Source: a virus. Taken from it: DNA of 64,000 bases. Shown piece after piece: positions 27,908 through 37,487 of this stretch (its first letter is position 1; each line of letters begins with the position of its first letter). Made by a program: the position numbers and the translations under genes. The notes below the pieces were generated by a model. The model searched no databases. It was not told the DNA's origin and was given only the letters and a program-made list of their open reading frames with translations. The DNA is taken from IMG/VR virus record IMGVR_UViG_3300028615_000137, positions 42,350 to 106,349 of that record; one strand, given 5' to 3'.

Positions 27908-28402
27908 GTGTCCTTTAAAGAAAAAATAACTTATTCGCTTTGTTTACCTTGGAATTTAATCATTTGGCCTATTTGGATTTTGATGGCCAAACTATGGGGT
28001 GAAAATCTTCATTGGGAAGATGGAGTTTTATCCTTCGAGTTCAAAGAACAAAGCTGGCCGATGCGAACTTGGTTCTCTAATTGGAGTGGCAATGCAATGG
28101 GTCATGCCACGCTATATAGACCAAATCCTAGTGCTCGAATAAAGCTGCATGAAACTGTTCATGTAAGACAATTTGAAGCGTCTATGATCAAATCCTTCTT
28201 GTTAGGATGCCTATTCGCATTGTTAGGTCATTTTTATATAGGGTTGTTGATTTGGTGTTGCGGGTATCTAATCATGGGCGTGGGTAATTATATTCACGCT
28301 TGGTTAAGATTAGAGAACCCAAAAATAATAGACATTTATCGCAATACCTTACATGAACAGCATGCCTATGCTATAGATGGTTCTTATGGAAAGCGGAAAT
28401 AA
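27908..28402 (+). CDS. membrane zinc metallopeptidase-like protein (HExxH)
   Basis: 'G.AMGH', 'LHETVHVRQ', 'HEQHAY', TM segments. Confidence 0.6.
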   Translation: MSFKEKITYSLCLPWNLIIWPIWILMAKLWGENLHWEDGVLSFEFKEQSWPMRTWFSNWSGNAMGHATLYRPNPSARIKLHETVHVRQFEASMIKSFLLGCLFALLGHFYIGLLIWCCGYLIMGVGNYIHAWLRLENPKIIDIYRNTLHEQHAYAIDGSYGKRK

Positions 28403-28706
28403 CGGAGAATATGGGCCACAAAAACCAGGTTCATACTGGAAAGAAGAAAAACCAAAAACGCTTCAAGAAAAAGAAGATTCCAAAAAGGAAAACTTCGAAA
28501 AATATAAAAAGATCGAAAGAGCGCTCTATCTCGACATTCCAGACCCCGAAGAAGAAAGTCCGGAAGAAGTCTGGGAAAAGCACTCCCTTTGCCATTCCTG
28601 TATCCACAAGTCCGTTTGCAGGGCTTTTCAAGCCTCGAAAAGATACTTAGTTATGGTCGACCGTTGCTTGGAATACATTCCTTCAGAACTGGAAAAAGAA
28701 GAATAA
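28377..28706 (+). CDS. hypothetical protein with Cys cluster
   Basis: 'LCHSCIHKSVC...C..Y'. Confidence 0.5.
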   Translation: MVLMESGNNGEYGPQKPGSYWKEEKPKTLQEKEDSKKENFEKYKKIERALYLDIPDPEEESPEEVWEKHSLCHSCIHKSVCRAFQASKRYLVMVDRCLEYIPSELEKEE

Positions 28707-28797
28707 TTTCAAGTAAAATATAAATTGGCCTATATTAGTTGGTTTGCCCCCCTTTCTTTCCAATTTTTATAGGCCATTTTTATGCTATAAATCGTTT

Positions 28798-29403
28798 ATG
28801 AAATTTTTTATAGCATTTTTTCTCTTTTTCATAACCAATACTGCTCTAGCCAGTCCACCCGTGCCTAAAGAAGAGTGGACTGAAGAAACAAAATTAAATC
28901 TGACCAAAGCACTTATTGCTGAAGCCGGCTGGAATTATTGCAACGATTGGGCGCTGATTCCTTGGGTGATCGCAAAGCGTCGGAATCAAATGATACGAAA
29001 TGGGCATGAAGTAACCTTCAACGACGTGTTATTGGCCTATTCGTCTCCTCTCAAGCCCAAATTAGCTTCTAAGGCTGCTGAATACAAGGCCAAGAGAAAG
29101 GGCGACAGAAAGGCTGTGAGACAAGTTTACAGACGTAGATTTATCCAATCTATACGATTCGACGGTTCGAACATAAAAGAACTCGTTAAACGCTTTAAAC
29201 GGCGTTCTAAAGCCACCGTTTTGGAAAGGCGCTGGGATAGGGCTAAAGCCTTTGTCGAAGCCTGGGGACGCGGAGAAGTACGGGATCGATGTCCTGGTGC
29301 AATGCACTGGGATATGCCCAATTCTAGACCTAATTGGATACGAAAATGTACCAAAATTGATACACATAATCACTTCTATAAGGGTCCAAGAGACCAAAAG
29401 TAG
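28798..29403 (+). CDS. SleB/Hydrolase_2-like cell wall hydrolase with signal peptide
   Basis: Signal peptide; 'LTKALIAEAG...IPWVIAKR', 'DRCPGAMHW', 'HNHFY' match the SleB pattern. Confidence 0.65.
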   Translation: MKFFIAFFLFFITNTALASPPVPKEEWTEETKLNLTKALIAEAGWNYCNDWALIPWVIAKRRNQMIRNGHEVTFNDVLLAYSSPLKPKLASKAAEYKAKRKGDRKAVRQVYRRRFIQSIRFDGSNIKELVKRFKRRSKATVLERRWDRAKAFVEAWGRGEVRDRCPGAMHWDMPNSRPNWIRKCTKIDTHNHFYKGPRDQK

Positions 29404-29667
29404 TTGGAGTGTCCAACTAAAGTCTGGAAAGTCTGGAAAATATCTTTCTTCGATTCTCGAACGTATTCAAATACTTATAAAAAAGTTTCGAAGGTATGGG
29501 CCGATTCGCTTGACACGTGTTCTAGCCAGAGCCAATATTATCAAACCTTCGGTTCGATAGGATTTAACACAAAACGGGCTCCACGCCCCATTTCGCCTAT
29601 GGAAAGCGAAATCAAGAACCGTACCAGATCGGGAGTTGAACTTATTGCTATGAAGTTACTAGGATAA
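29404..29667 (+). CDS. hypothetical protein
   Basis: ORF track; abuts the upstream stop. Confidence 0.4.
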   Translation: MECPTKVWKVWKISFFDSRTYSNTYKKVSKVWADSLDTCSSQSQYYQTFGSIGFNTKRAPRPISPMESEIKNRTRSGVELIAMKLLG

Positions 29668-29768
29668 GTTGAGTTAATATTAAAGTATATCTAATGAACA
29701 CTTGCATCTAAAATAAAATACACTAATACTGTAATTATTAAATTTATACTGAAAAGAAGAAATAGGGC

Positions 29769-30065
29769 ATGAATAAGAGGAATTTTATAAAGATTTTGTT
29801 GGGAAGCTTGGGAAGTTTCTTTCTTGTTCCTAAAGGCGCCAAAGCGGAAGAAAGCCCTTGCTGTCATGAACATAACGAGCTAGTGTTTGTCGATGGGAAG
29901 CTGATGTTTAGACCAGAGGATTATGTAATTGGTGAAAATGGAGTAATCAAATTTTCTAAAATCATGGAACCTTTTTTGGGTGATAGAGTTACGGTAGTAA
30001 ATTTTAATACAGGTAAGGTAGCTAGAACTCTTATTTTGGGAACAAAGAAAGAAATAAAGATATGA
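29769..30065 (+). CDS. hypothetical protein with Tat-like signal peptide
   Basis: 'MNKRNFIK' + hydrophobic stretch + 'AKA'. Confidence 0.5.
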   Translation: MNKRNFIKILLGSLGSFFLVPKGAKAEESPCCHEHNELVFVDGKLMFRPEDYVIGENGVIKFSKIMEPFLGDRVTVVNFNTGKVARTLILGTKKEIKI

Positions 30066-30337
30066 TAGAAAAGCAAGATAAGTATGTTTATTTAGCCAAG
30101 CTGCAAGCGGTAAACGAAAGAGTAAACGTGCTCGAAAAGCGCTTAGATAAGATCGATTCTTGCATAAAAGAACTCGTTGAAGTTGCTCATGCGCCTGTTG
30201 ACATTAGTAGTGTGGTTGTGCGAGTCTTGGAAAACTTTAATTTAATTCCTACTCAGTTTGATTCGACGCCGACGGTTGACACACCGGAAGTAACAGACGA
30301 AATTGAATCTTATGAACAGTATGGATTTGGTGATTAA
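30062..30337 (+). CDS. hypothetical protein
   Basis: ATGA overlap with the upstream gene. Confidence 0.55.
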   Translation: MIEKQDKYVYLAKLQAVNERVNVLEKRLDKIDSCIKELVEVAHAPVDISSVVVRVLENFNLIPTQFDSTPTVDTPEVTDEIESYEQYGFGD

Positions 30338-30643
30338 ATGGACCAAGAGCAACGAGATTTTGTAGGTAAGACATTGAACGAGGTAATGGTAGAAGCTGCC
30401 GAGATGCCTCGAAAGACTTTAGAATTGAAATATTCTTGTGCTGTCGTAAATCAACATATCGTAATTAAGTCTTACAACGAATTTATTGAAAAAATTCGAG
30501 AAATTATAAATGAAAATGCCGAAGGTGATTTGGCCGTTTGCGTAGATGAAATTGAGAAATTGTTGCCAAACGAAGAACTAAATTCTGCAAATACTAAAAT
30601 TAAGCTTGACGTTATCGAGGGGGGAAGCGATAATAGTGATTGA
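30338..30643 (+). CDS. hypothetical protein
   Basis: GGTG RBS, contiguous operon. Confidence 0.55.
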   Translation: MDQEQRDFVGKTLNEVMVEAAEMPRKTLELKYSCAVVNQHIVIKSYNEFIEKIREIINENAEGDLAVCVDEIEKLLPNEELNSANTKIKLDVIEGGSDNSD

Positions 30644-30702
30644 AGGTTCTCCGTGCCTTTTTTCTTTCTCTCTATCTCTGTACAATCGACTCCCAATCCC
30701 AC

Positions 30703-30752
30703 GTCCCACCCGGTTTCTTTTTTCATTTCTTCGCCGGGTGGGACATTTTTAT
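30703..30752 (+). terminator. GC-clamped hairpin / probable terminator
   Basis: GTCCCACCCGG-20nt-CCGGGTGGGAC followed by ATTTT. Confidence 0.55.
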
Positions 30753-30790
30753 TTGGACCGTGTTACAATATGTGATGCGACTTTAGCTTT

Positions 30791-30865
30791 TCCTCTGTAG
30801 CTCAATGGTAGAGCGCTCCGCTGTTAACGGAGTGGTTGGAGGTTCGAGTCCTTCCGGGGGAGCCA
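30791..30865 (+). tRNA. tRNA-Asn(GTT)
   Basis: Cloverleaf; anticodon arm CTCCG-CT GTT AA-CGGAG, GGTTCGAGTCC T-arm, encoded CCA. Confidence 0.93.
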
Positions 30866-30871
30866 ATTTTC

Positions 30872-30943
30872 GCTGGTGTAGCTCAATGGCAGAGCAACTG
30901 TTTTGTAAGCAGTAGGTTGGGGGTTCGAATCCCTTCACCAGCT
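30872..30943 (+). tRNA. tRNA-Thr(TGT)
   Basis: Acceptor GCTGGTG/CACCAGC, anticodon arm ACTGT-TT TGT AA-GCAGT, GGTTCGAATCC. Confidence 0.92.
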
Positions 30944-30959
30944 CCCAAGGTGGAAAATA

Positions 30960-31160
30960 ATGGATGAAAAAGAAGATATAAAAAGATATTTAGAAGAAGG
31001 TTTTGCTTGTGCGTGCTACGAAACAGAGCAGCTTTTCGCTTCGGTCTTAAGTGAACAAGACATTGGTTATTTTTGTGAAAATATACATGAAATTTACTGT
31101 GAAAGATTAAGAGTCAAACTAGAAAAAAAGATGCATGAGATGATTGACAAGATATCTTAG
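30960..31160 (+). CDS. hypothetical protein
   Basis: AAGGTGG RBS, 66 aa. Confidence 0.55.
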   Translation: MDEKEDIKRYLEEGFACACYETEQLFASVLSEQDIGYFCENIHEIYCERLRVKLEKKMHEMIDKIS

Positions 31161-31171
31161 TATGCTAAAAC
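31144..31171 (+). promoter_or_regulatory. sigma70-type promoter
   Basis: TTGACA-16nt-TAAAAC with an extended -10 TG. Confidence 0.55.
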
Positions 31172-31288
31172 TAAATGTAGATGGAAATGGTTCCATCATT
31201 GATTGTAAACAGTAATAGGAATAATAATTAACAAGAGCCATAGGTGAAAGCAAAACTGGATTGAACACGCGCGAAAATACTTATCGAC

Positions 31289-31327
31289 ATGATCTCGTCG
31301 GATCAAAAGGTCCGACGAGATTATTTT
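31289..31327 (+). terminator. 16-bp hairpin / terminator
   Basis: ATGATCTCGTCGGATC-AAAA-GGTCCGACGAGATTAT then TTT. Confidence 0.7.
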
Positions 31328-31339
31328 ATATAAAAAAAG

Positions 31340-31558
31340 ATGGCTAAGAAAAGTAACAGATTTCGTAACCCTTTTAAGTTAAAAGCTTCTTCTAGGAATG
31401 CTGGCCCTATGCGCGATCGTAGAGAACGCCGGGCTAAAGAAAAAGAAGAAAAAGTACATGAACATTCTCTTGTATATTATGATTTTTATGTACAAGAATG
31501 GACATGTGAATGTGGACATGTATTTACTGAAGACGAAGTTAAGCAAAGGTTACGATGA
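31340..31558 (+). CDS. small basic protein with Zn-ribbon-like C-terminus
   Basis: 'HEH...WTCECGH'. Confidence 0.5.
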   Translation: MAKKSNRFRNPFKLKASSRNAGPMRDRRERRAKEKEEKVHEHSLVYYDFYVQEWTCECGHVFTEDEVKQRLR

Positions 31559-31568
31559 AGGGACACGT

Positions 31569-31811
31569 ATGAAAGTACAGAAATTGATGACAGAGCCAAA
31601 TGGGCCTTGGAATAAGCTTGTTTTGCCATCTAAGGCGAAAACAGATCTTAAAAAGATTCTTAAATTCAATGACGAAAATCCAGATAAAAGAATTTCTAGT
31701 GCTCGTTTCACTAAGTATCTTATGGAAGAATATAAAATTAAAACTAGGCGACAAACCTTAGTATCTTATGTTAAACGAGAATTTGGAAGGCAAGGTTGGA
31801 TTAATAAATGA
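31569..31811 (+). CDS. hypothetical basic protein (possibly DNA-binding)
   Basis: AAGGGA RBS before ATG 31569; precedes the metallophosphoesterase. Confidence 0.5.
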   Translation: MKVQKLMTEPNGPWNKLVLPSKAKTDLKKILKFNDENPDKRISSARFTKYLMEEYKIKTRRQTLVSYVKREFGRQGWINK

Positions 31812-32887
31812 GTATAAATAAGTTGATTAAAGAGGCTAAAGAGGGTAAAGACGGTTTGCCGGCGGACGTCGAATTATTACAGAATTTGGTTAGACAGCTA
31901 CAAAAGCGGTTAAAGAGCCGTGGTGCGGTGGGAGAGCTTGCTATCAAAGCTGTCGACGAATTGTACGAAGCTGGTACATTGAAGCATGCAAAGCCTATTC
32001 CTATGCCTAAACTAAAGGCTAAGAAGAGTCTTGAAGAAGTCGCCGTATTGCACATTAGCGATACTCAAATAGGTAAGATTACCGAATCATATAATACTGA
32101 AGTGGCTAGGACTAGGCTACAAAAATTGATCAGAAAAACTATAGAAATTACGGAAGTTCGCAGGGCTGGAGCTAACATCAACGAACTGAGAATTTTTATG
32201 GGCGGAGATATGGTTGAAGGTGAAGAGATTTTTGCTCATCAAGCTCATGAAATTGATTCGTCGGTTTTCGCACAGGCTGTAAAGAATGCTCCTGAAATGT
32301 TGGCTCAAGTCGTCAAGACAGCCCTAGCAAACTTCAAGAAGGTACGAGTGGTAACCGTACCGGGCAATCATGGTCGAAACGGTTCTAGGGGTACTAGGAG
32401 CCATCCTGAGACAAATTGGGATAACGTTTGCTACGAAGTGACAAAGCTTCATTTGACAGATACAAATGGTAAGCTACTTCCCCGTCTTGAATATGAGATT
32501 TCAGATACTTTTTATATTGTCGACAGGATTTATTCTTGGGGCAATTTAATTGTACACGGCGATCAAGTAACGGGTGGGTTCGCCGGATTCCCATGGTATG
32601 GTGTTGGTAAGAAGTCCAATGGCTGGATCGATACCATTCCTGAGGATTGGGACTATCTTTGGTTCGGACATTTCCATACTCTTTGTTCTTGTACCAATAA
32701 CCATCGTTATTGGTTGGCAAATGGTACAACGGAAAGTGATAACACATTTGCACAAGCACAACTAGCGGCTGGTGGTTATCCAGTTCAGCGCTTGGCATTT
32801 TTCAACAAAAATTCCGGATTGATTTCAGATAATCCTATTTATCTGTGTAACGATAGAGTTTCTCAACAAGTTAGGCGCAATGGCTAG
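31808..32887 (+). CDS. calcineurin-like metallophosphoesterase
   Basis: 'HISDTQIG', 'GGDMVEG', 'PGNHGR', 'HGD', 'GHFH'. Confidence 0.88.
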   Translation: MSINKLIKEAKEGKDGLPADVELLQNLVRQLQKRLKSRGAVGELAIKAVDELYEAGTLKHAKPIPMPKLKAKKSLEEVAVLHISDTQIGKITESYNTEVARTRLQKLIRKTIEITEVRRAGANINELRIFMGGDMVEGEEIFAHQAHEIDSSVFAQAVKNAPEMLAQVVKTALANFKKVRVVTVPGNHGRNGSRGTRSHPETNWDNVCYEVTKLHLTDTNGKLLPRLEYEISDTFYIVDRIYSWGNLIVHGDQVTGGFAGFPWYGVGKKSNGWIDTIPEDWDYLWFGHFHTLCSCTNNHRYWLANGTTESDNTFAQAQLAAGGYPVQRLAFFNKNSGLISDNPIYLCNDRVSQQVRRNG

Positions 32888-32954
32888 CAGGCGCCTATTT
32901 ATTGTAAAATAGAAAGATTAACAATCAATTTTTCTATTTCTGTAGGGGAAAGTA

Positions 32955-33107
32955 ATGCATATACTTTTGAAGCCTTCGACGGAAGGTTATCTTCTTATTC
33001 AATACACGAATAAGGGAGACATGAAGCAATATTGGACGTTTAAAAAAGAAGAGAAAGACCGTTTATTTGAACAAGCCAATACGATACTAGAAGAAAGAAA
33101 ACGATAA
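32955..33107 (+). CDS. small hypothetical protein (50 aa)
   Basis: Read manually; AGGGGA RBS, ATG 32955, TAA 33105-33107. Confidence 0.5.
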   Translation: MHILLKPSTEGYLLIQYTNKGDMKQYWTFKKEEKDRLFEQANTILEERKR

Positions 33108-33127
33108 AAAATATGACCGTATAAAAT

Positions 33128-34585
33128 ATGATCAAAATAAATATAGAAGAAAGAATAAATATAGAAGGGTTACCATATTCAAGTAAAAATAGGTTGAAGA
33201 GGGAATTTACCCACAGTAATCCTGAATATCATAAAAAGCAGAAAATGGGTTATTCAACTTGGGATACCCCTTCTGTTATTAAGACTTTTGTAACCGAAAA
33301 GGATAAGTCTATATCGTTTCCTAATGGCGGTTTAAATAGAATTTTAAATATTCTTAAAGAAGAAGAAAAGCAATTTGAAGTACAAGACAACAGAACTTTA
33401 AGCGAATATATAGAATTCCCGGAGTTCAAGCCGCTAGGAAGAGACGACACAGCCTTGTACGATTATCAAGAAGAAGCCGTGTTGTCGTGCATGGAATATA
33501 CTCAAGGTTGTGTCAGAGCACCCACTGGTTCTGGCAAGACATGTATTGGATTAGCGTTAGCTTCTAGATTGGGTCAAAGGACGCTTGTCCTTGTGCGTAA
33601 CGCTAAGATACAGGATCAATGGTACAAGAGCGCAAGAGAAGAATTGGGGTTAGACGATAAAGATATTTCCGTTCTTAGAAGCGGTAAGAAGCATAAAGCA
33701 AATCCTAAATTGACTATCGCTTTGCAACAGTCTATGTACGCCAAAAAGTCTAAGAAGTTAGATGAAATATTGAAAGAGGATTACGGTCTATTGATTGTAG
33801 ATGAAGTACATGAAGCTGCTGCAAACACCTTTCTCAAGGTGGTAAACAAAATTCCTTGTAAATTTCGTATAGGTCTTTCTGCCGATGAAAGGCGCAAAGA
33901 TAACAGAGAATTTTTAATTTATGATCTCTTCGGCCATCCAATTTATGAAATTTCTCGTAAGAAATTGGAAAATGAAAACGTTATCCGAAGTGTTATGCTT
34001 AGGGTGGTCGAAAGTAGTTTTGAAGCCGATTGGTATCTGAATGCAGAAGGGGCCGAACGAAATTGGAATGATTTGCTCGATGCCATGGAGGCAGATATAG
34101 ATAGGCATGAATTGGTGTTGGACACAATTCGAACTTTACTTAGAAAGAATGAAACGCCAATTTTTGTCTTTACACATAGAAGGCATTATGTAGAAACGAT
34201 TGTGCAAGACATTGAAGAACGTTTTAATATACCAGTTGGTGTTTTGCTGGGGGGTGTAGATTCTGCTCAAAGATTTGATGAAGATAAAAAGAAATTAGAA
34301 AGTGGAGATATTAAAATTGCTGTCGGTACTTATAAAGCTATCGGCACTGGTATTAATATCCCTGCTGTTACTTCCGGGTTCTGTGTTACTCCTATTGGCA
34401 ATAATAGGCAATTTTTTGGCCAAGTAAGGGGCAGAATGTGTCGAAAAAATAAAGGGAAATCTAATGCAAATATTTATTATTTGTTAGATACCGAAATTTT
34501 TCCTAGGCAAATCGATAACTTGGCAAATTGGAACGATAGAAATATACAAATTTTTAGATCGGGTAATTGGATTAAGAGATTGTGA
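33128..34585 (+). CDS. superfamily 2 DEAD/DEAH helicase (UvsW/ResIII-like)
   Basis: 'LYDYQEEA', 'APTGSGKT', 'IVDEVH', 'GLSA', 'Q..GR..R'. Confidence 0.92.
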   Translation: MIKINIEERINIEGLPYSSKNRLKREFTHSNPEYHKKQKMGYSTWDTPSVIKTFVTEKDKSISFPNGGLNRILNILKEEEKQFEVQDNRTLSEYIEFPEFKPLGRDDTALYDYQEEAVLSCMEYTQGCVRAPTGSGKTCIGLALASRLGQRTLVLVRNAKIQDQWYKSAREELGLDDKDISVLRSGKKHKANPKLTIALQQSMYAKKSKKLDEILKEDYGLLIVDEVHEAAANTFLKVVNKIPCKFRIGLSADERRKDNREFLIYDLFGHPIYEISRKKLENENVIRSVMLRVVESSFEADWYLNAEGAERNWNDLLDAMEADIDRHELVLDTIRTLLRKNETPIFVFTHRRHYVETIVQDIEERFNIPVGVLLGGVDSAQRFDEDKKKLESGDIKIAVGTYKAIGTGINIPAVTSGFCVTPIGNNRQFFGQVRGRMCRKNKGKSNANIYYLLDTEIFPRQIDNLANWNDRNIQIFRSGNWIKRL

Positions 34586-34595
34586 GGTATAATAA

Positions 34596-35015
34596 ATGCA
34601 AGTGGCTAAGAAAATGAACAATACTAGAAAGCTTCGTAGGGTAGAAGCGGCTAAGTTAGATGCAAAGAATAGAGCATTAAACACGGGAGATTGGACAGAT
34701 GCCAAGGCCAGTACTTTCGTAGGATTATATGTTTTATGCCATGAAATGATATATGGTTTTGTTCCATTCGAATTGAAAAAGAATGCGACGTTTTTGAAGG
34801 CATGCAAATACGCGAAAGATATTTGGCATCAACATTTCAAGGATGATAATCAGCTCATGGTGAAATTTATTAAGTGGTCTTGGGAAAGAGAGAAAAGCTT
34901 GAAAGAATATGGAGAAAAGCAAAATTATACAAAGCCTCCTCTGAATTTTTATAAGCAGTTTGACGGTAAGATGATTACCGAATTCTTGGTTGATCAGAGC
35001 CGCAAGCGCGTATAA
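34596..35015 (+). CDS. hypothetical protein (possible helicase loader/replication factor)
   Basis: Directly upstream of DnaB; GAGG RBS. Confidence 0.5.
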   Translation: MQVAKKMNNTRKLRRVEAAKLDAKNRALNTGDWTDAKASTFVGLYVLCHEMIYGFVPFELKKNATFLKACKYAKDIWHQHFKDDNQLMVKFIKWSWEREKSLKEYGEKQNYTKPPLNFYKQFDGKMITEFLVDQSRKRV

Positions 35016-35018
35016 TAA

Positions 35019-36437
35019 ATGGCCGACGATTTCGTATATGACGTAACTAACGAAATGTTGGTTATCGGCGCCGCTATTGCCGATTCTGATATCAGAAAGC
35101 GTTTAGTACGTCAACTAAGTTCGGATGAATTTTTTGATCCGAAGCATCCGCCCATATTCTCTGCTTTGAGAGATATGGTGGACAGGGCGTTAGAGTATGA
35201 GTATGAAACTGCTTTACGCCTTTTGCAGAATGAGACAGATGATGATGCCGTAGCAGAGCGCTTGAAGAAGATAGAGGAAAACGCCAAGGTTCCAGACAAT
35301 CTTGAATGGATTGTAAATACTTTCAAATGGGATGCTCAAAGGGCTATGGCGTACCAAAATTTGGTACCAAAGCTTATAAAAACTTTGAAGGATCCAAAGG
35401 CTGAATCTACAGACGTTCAGTCTGTTACTAAATCTATTCTGAGAGCTACTGAATCTACTAACGGAGTTAAGCATCTTTACAAAGATACTGAATTACAGAG
35501 AAATTATAAAAATGAGATTGAACAAAGAAGGTCCGATCAAAAATTCTATCCACTTGGTTGGGAAGCTTTCGACAAATGCTTAACCGAAGGATTTAAGCCA
35601 AAGCGTATGACAGTGTTGGCAGGACTTAGCAGCGCTGGTAAGTCTACTGTGTGTGCTATATGGGCGCTAAGACTAGCGTTGCAGGAAAAGCGTAGGGTGT
35701 TGTATTGCCCATGGGAAATGGAAGTTACAGGTGTTGTCGATGTGATGTGTTCACATTTGACTAAAATACCGCTTAGGCAGATTATACAAGGCAAACTGAA
35801 TTACGATGAAGCTGAAAAAGTATGTAAGGCTTCTGAAACGGTTACCAAGAACATACAGTTTATGGGCTTTCCCTTTATCGACGACATTCGAAAAGGAAAT
35901 AAACCTAGTAATGATCGCAACTTACAAATTTTAGAATATCATATAGCAGAATCTGGGGCCGATGTGGCCGTTTTCGATATTTGGGAAAGAATGTTGCGAC
36001 AAAAGAAGCCAGAAGAAGTTGAATTGGCGTTGCATTGGATGCAGGATATGTTAAAGGAATATTCTGTACATGGTATTATTGTGCACCAATTGCGCTTAAA
36101 GGACGTGGAACAAAGAGAAGATAAGCGACCAACTAGAGAATCTATTAAAGGCACGGCTGCTTATGTCGAAGTTCCTGATATGGTTTTTGGAGTGCATAGA
36201 AGAGGGCAATTTAAAAATATTCCAGATTCTACAGTAGAAACGATAAACTTGAAGCAACGAAGTGGAGAATCTTTTTGGGATATTGAATGGGATTGGCACC
36301 CTTCAATTTGTGGTTTGAACAATCCAAGACAAATTGATTATGATCCTGGTTTGGAAAATGAATCTAATAAGGATAAGATATCTTCTATCAAGGAAGATAA
36401 AGATACAATCTTTTTTGGCGGTAAATGGGATCGATGA
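35019..36437 (+). CDS. dnaB: replicative DnaB-like helicase
   Basis: N-terminal 'E..VIGA...F.DPKH..IF', Walker A 'AGLSSAGKS', 'EM', 'HQL', 'RPT...IKG', 'KQRSG'. Confidence 0.9.
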   Translation: MADDFVYDVTNEMLVIGAAIADSDIRKRLVRQLSSDEFFDPKHPPIFSALRDMVDRALEYEYETALRLLQNETDDDAVAERLKKIEENAKVPDNLEWIVNTFKWDAQRAMAYQNLVPKLIKTLKDPKAESTDVQSVTKSILRATESTNGVKHLYKDTELQRNYKNEIEQRRSDQKFYPLGWEAFDKCLTEGFKPKRMTVLAGLSSAGKSTVCAIWALRLALQEKRRVLYCPWEMEVTGVVDVMCSHLTKIPLRQIIQGKLNYDEAEKVCKASETVTKNIQFMGFPFIDDIRKGNKPSNDRNLQILEYHIAESGADVAVFDIWERMLRQKKPEEVELALHWMQDMLKEYSVHGIIVHQLRLKDVEQREDKRPTRESIKGTAAYVEVPDMVFGVHRRGQFKNIPDSTVETINLKQRSGESFWDIEWDWHPSICGLNNPRQIDYDPGLENESNKDKISSIKEDKDTIFFGGKWDR

Positions 36438-37402
36438 TTATAAAATATGACGTGGAAGTTTTGTTAGATCTTTTGGGTATCGAAGCAGACTTTTATGGTT
36501 TTAATAAAAGAGGTAAATGGGTAGCTCTTTGTCCAAATCCTAAACACGACGATAAGAATCCAAGTTGGAGTATTAATGATAATCCGGGTAATGCTAAGAA
36601 TGGTTCGCATTATTGCTTTTCGTGTGGTTACGGCGGTGGGCCTTGGGAACTGGCTGCTGCGGTTTGGGATTGTTCAGTTACTGAAGCTGGAAGAAGGCTA
36701 TCTTCGATTCTTAAAGAGCAAGACAGTAAGCTTCCTGAAATTTTTGCCATCACGTTGAAAGAGCAAAATAAATTGTCACCCCGGCTCAAATGGCCTTTGG
36801 GTTGTACATTTCCTGGTAAGATAGAAAGCTGGTATAAGCCAGCTTTGAAATATCTTTACAATAGGGGTGTAACAAATGAACAAATACTGAAATATGAATT
36901 GGGTTATTCTATAAGGGGAAGATTAAAGCATAGGATAATCGTTCCTATTTACACTTGCGGTAGGTTAGTTACGTACGTCGCCAGGATATATTTACCAGGA
37001 GAACCCAGATATAAAATGGCGAAAAGTGATGAACCTGGAGTAGATTCGAAAGTTGCCATTTTCGGTGAAAAATTCTTTGACACAAAAATAAACATTGTTA
37101 CTATTGCAGAGGGTTCGTTTTCTATGCTAGCTTTGGATCGAGCCGGAGCACCCAATCCTTGTGCTATTTTAGGTTCTAACTTAACTCCGGAAAAATCAAT
37201 GATTTTAAGTCAATTTGACAATATTATTATTGCTTCAGATCCCGATGCGGCGGGAGATAAGTTAGCAAATGAAATACAGACGATGGGTAGAAATAAAAAG
37301 GTATTAAGACTACAATTGGAGAAATCTCCAGACGATACAAGTTATGAGTTATTGCGTAATAGTATAAAAGGGGCTATGAAACAATTACTCATTCCCCGGT
37401 AA
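36425..37402 (+). CDS. dnaG: DNA primase (CHC2 Zn finger + TOPRIM)
   Basis: 'CP..KHDDKNPS...YCFSCG', 'RIIVPI', 'EGSFS', 'DPDAAG'. Confidence 0.9.
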   Translation: MGSMIIKYDVEVLLDLLGIEADFYGFNKRGKWVALCPNPKHDDKNPSWSINDNPGNAKNGSHYCFSCGYGGGPWELAAAVWDCSVTEAGRRLSSILKEQDSKLPEIFAITLKEQNKLSPRLKWPLGCTFPGKIESWYKPALKYLYNRGVTNEQILKYELGYSIRGRLKHRIIVPIYTCGRLVTYVARIYLPGEPRYKMAKSDEPGVDSKVAIFGEKFFDTKINIVTIAEGSFSMLALDRAGAPNPCAILGSNLTPEKSMILSQFDNIIIASDPDAAGDKLANEIQTMGRNKKVLRLQLEKSPDDTSYELLRNSIKGAMKQLLIPR

Positions 37403-37415
37403 ATCCGGGGTTTCT
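37394..37415 (+). terminator. possible terminator
   Basis: CCCCGG-TAAAT-CCGGGG-TTTCT at the end of the primase gene. Confidence 0.5.
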
Positions 37416-37487
37416 GTTGGTACCCCTTCCCTCATGATTATTAAATTGTGTGGGAAGGTGGGCCGACGCCAAAAAGAGAGTGGGCAA

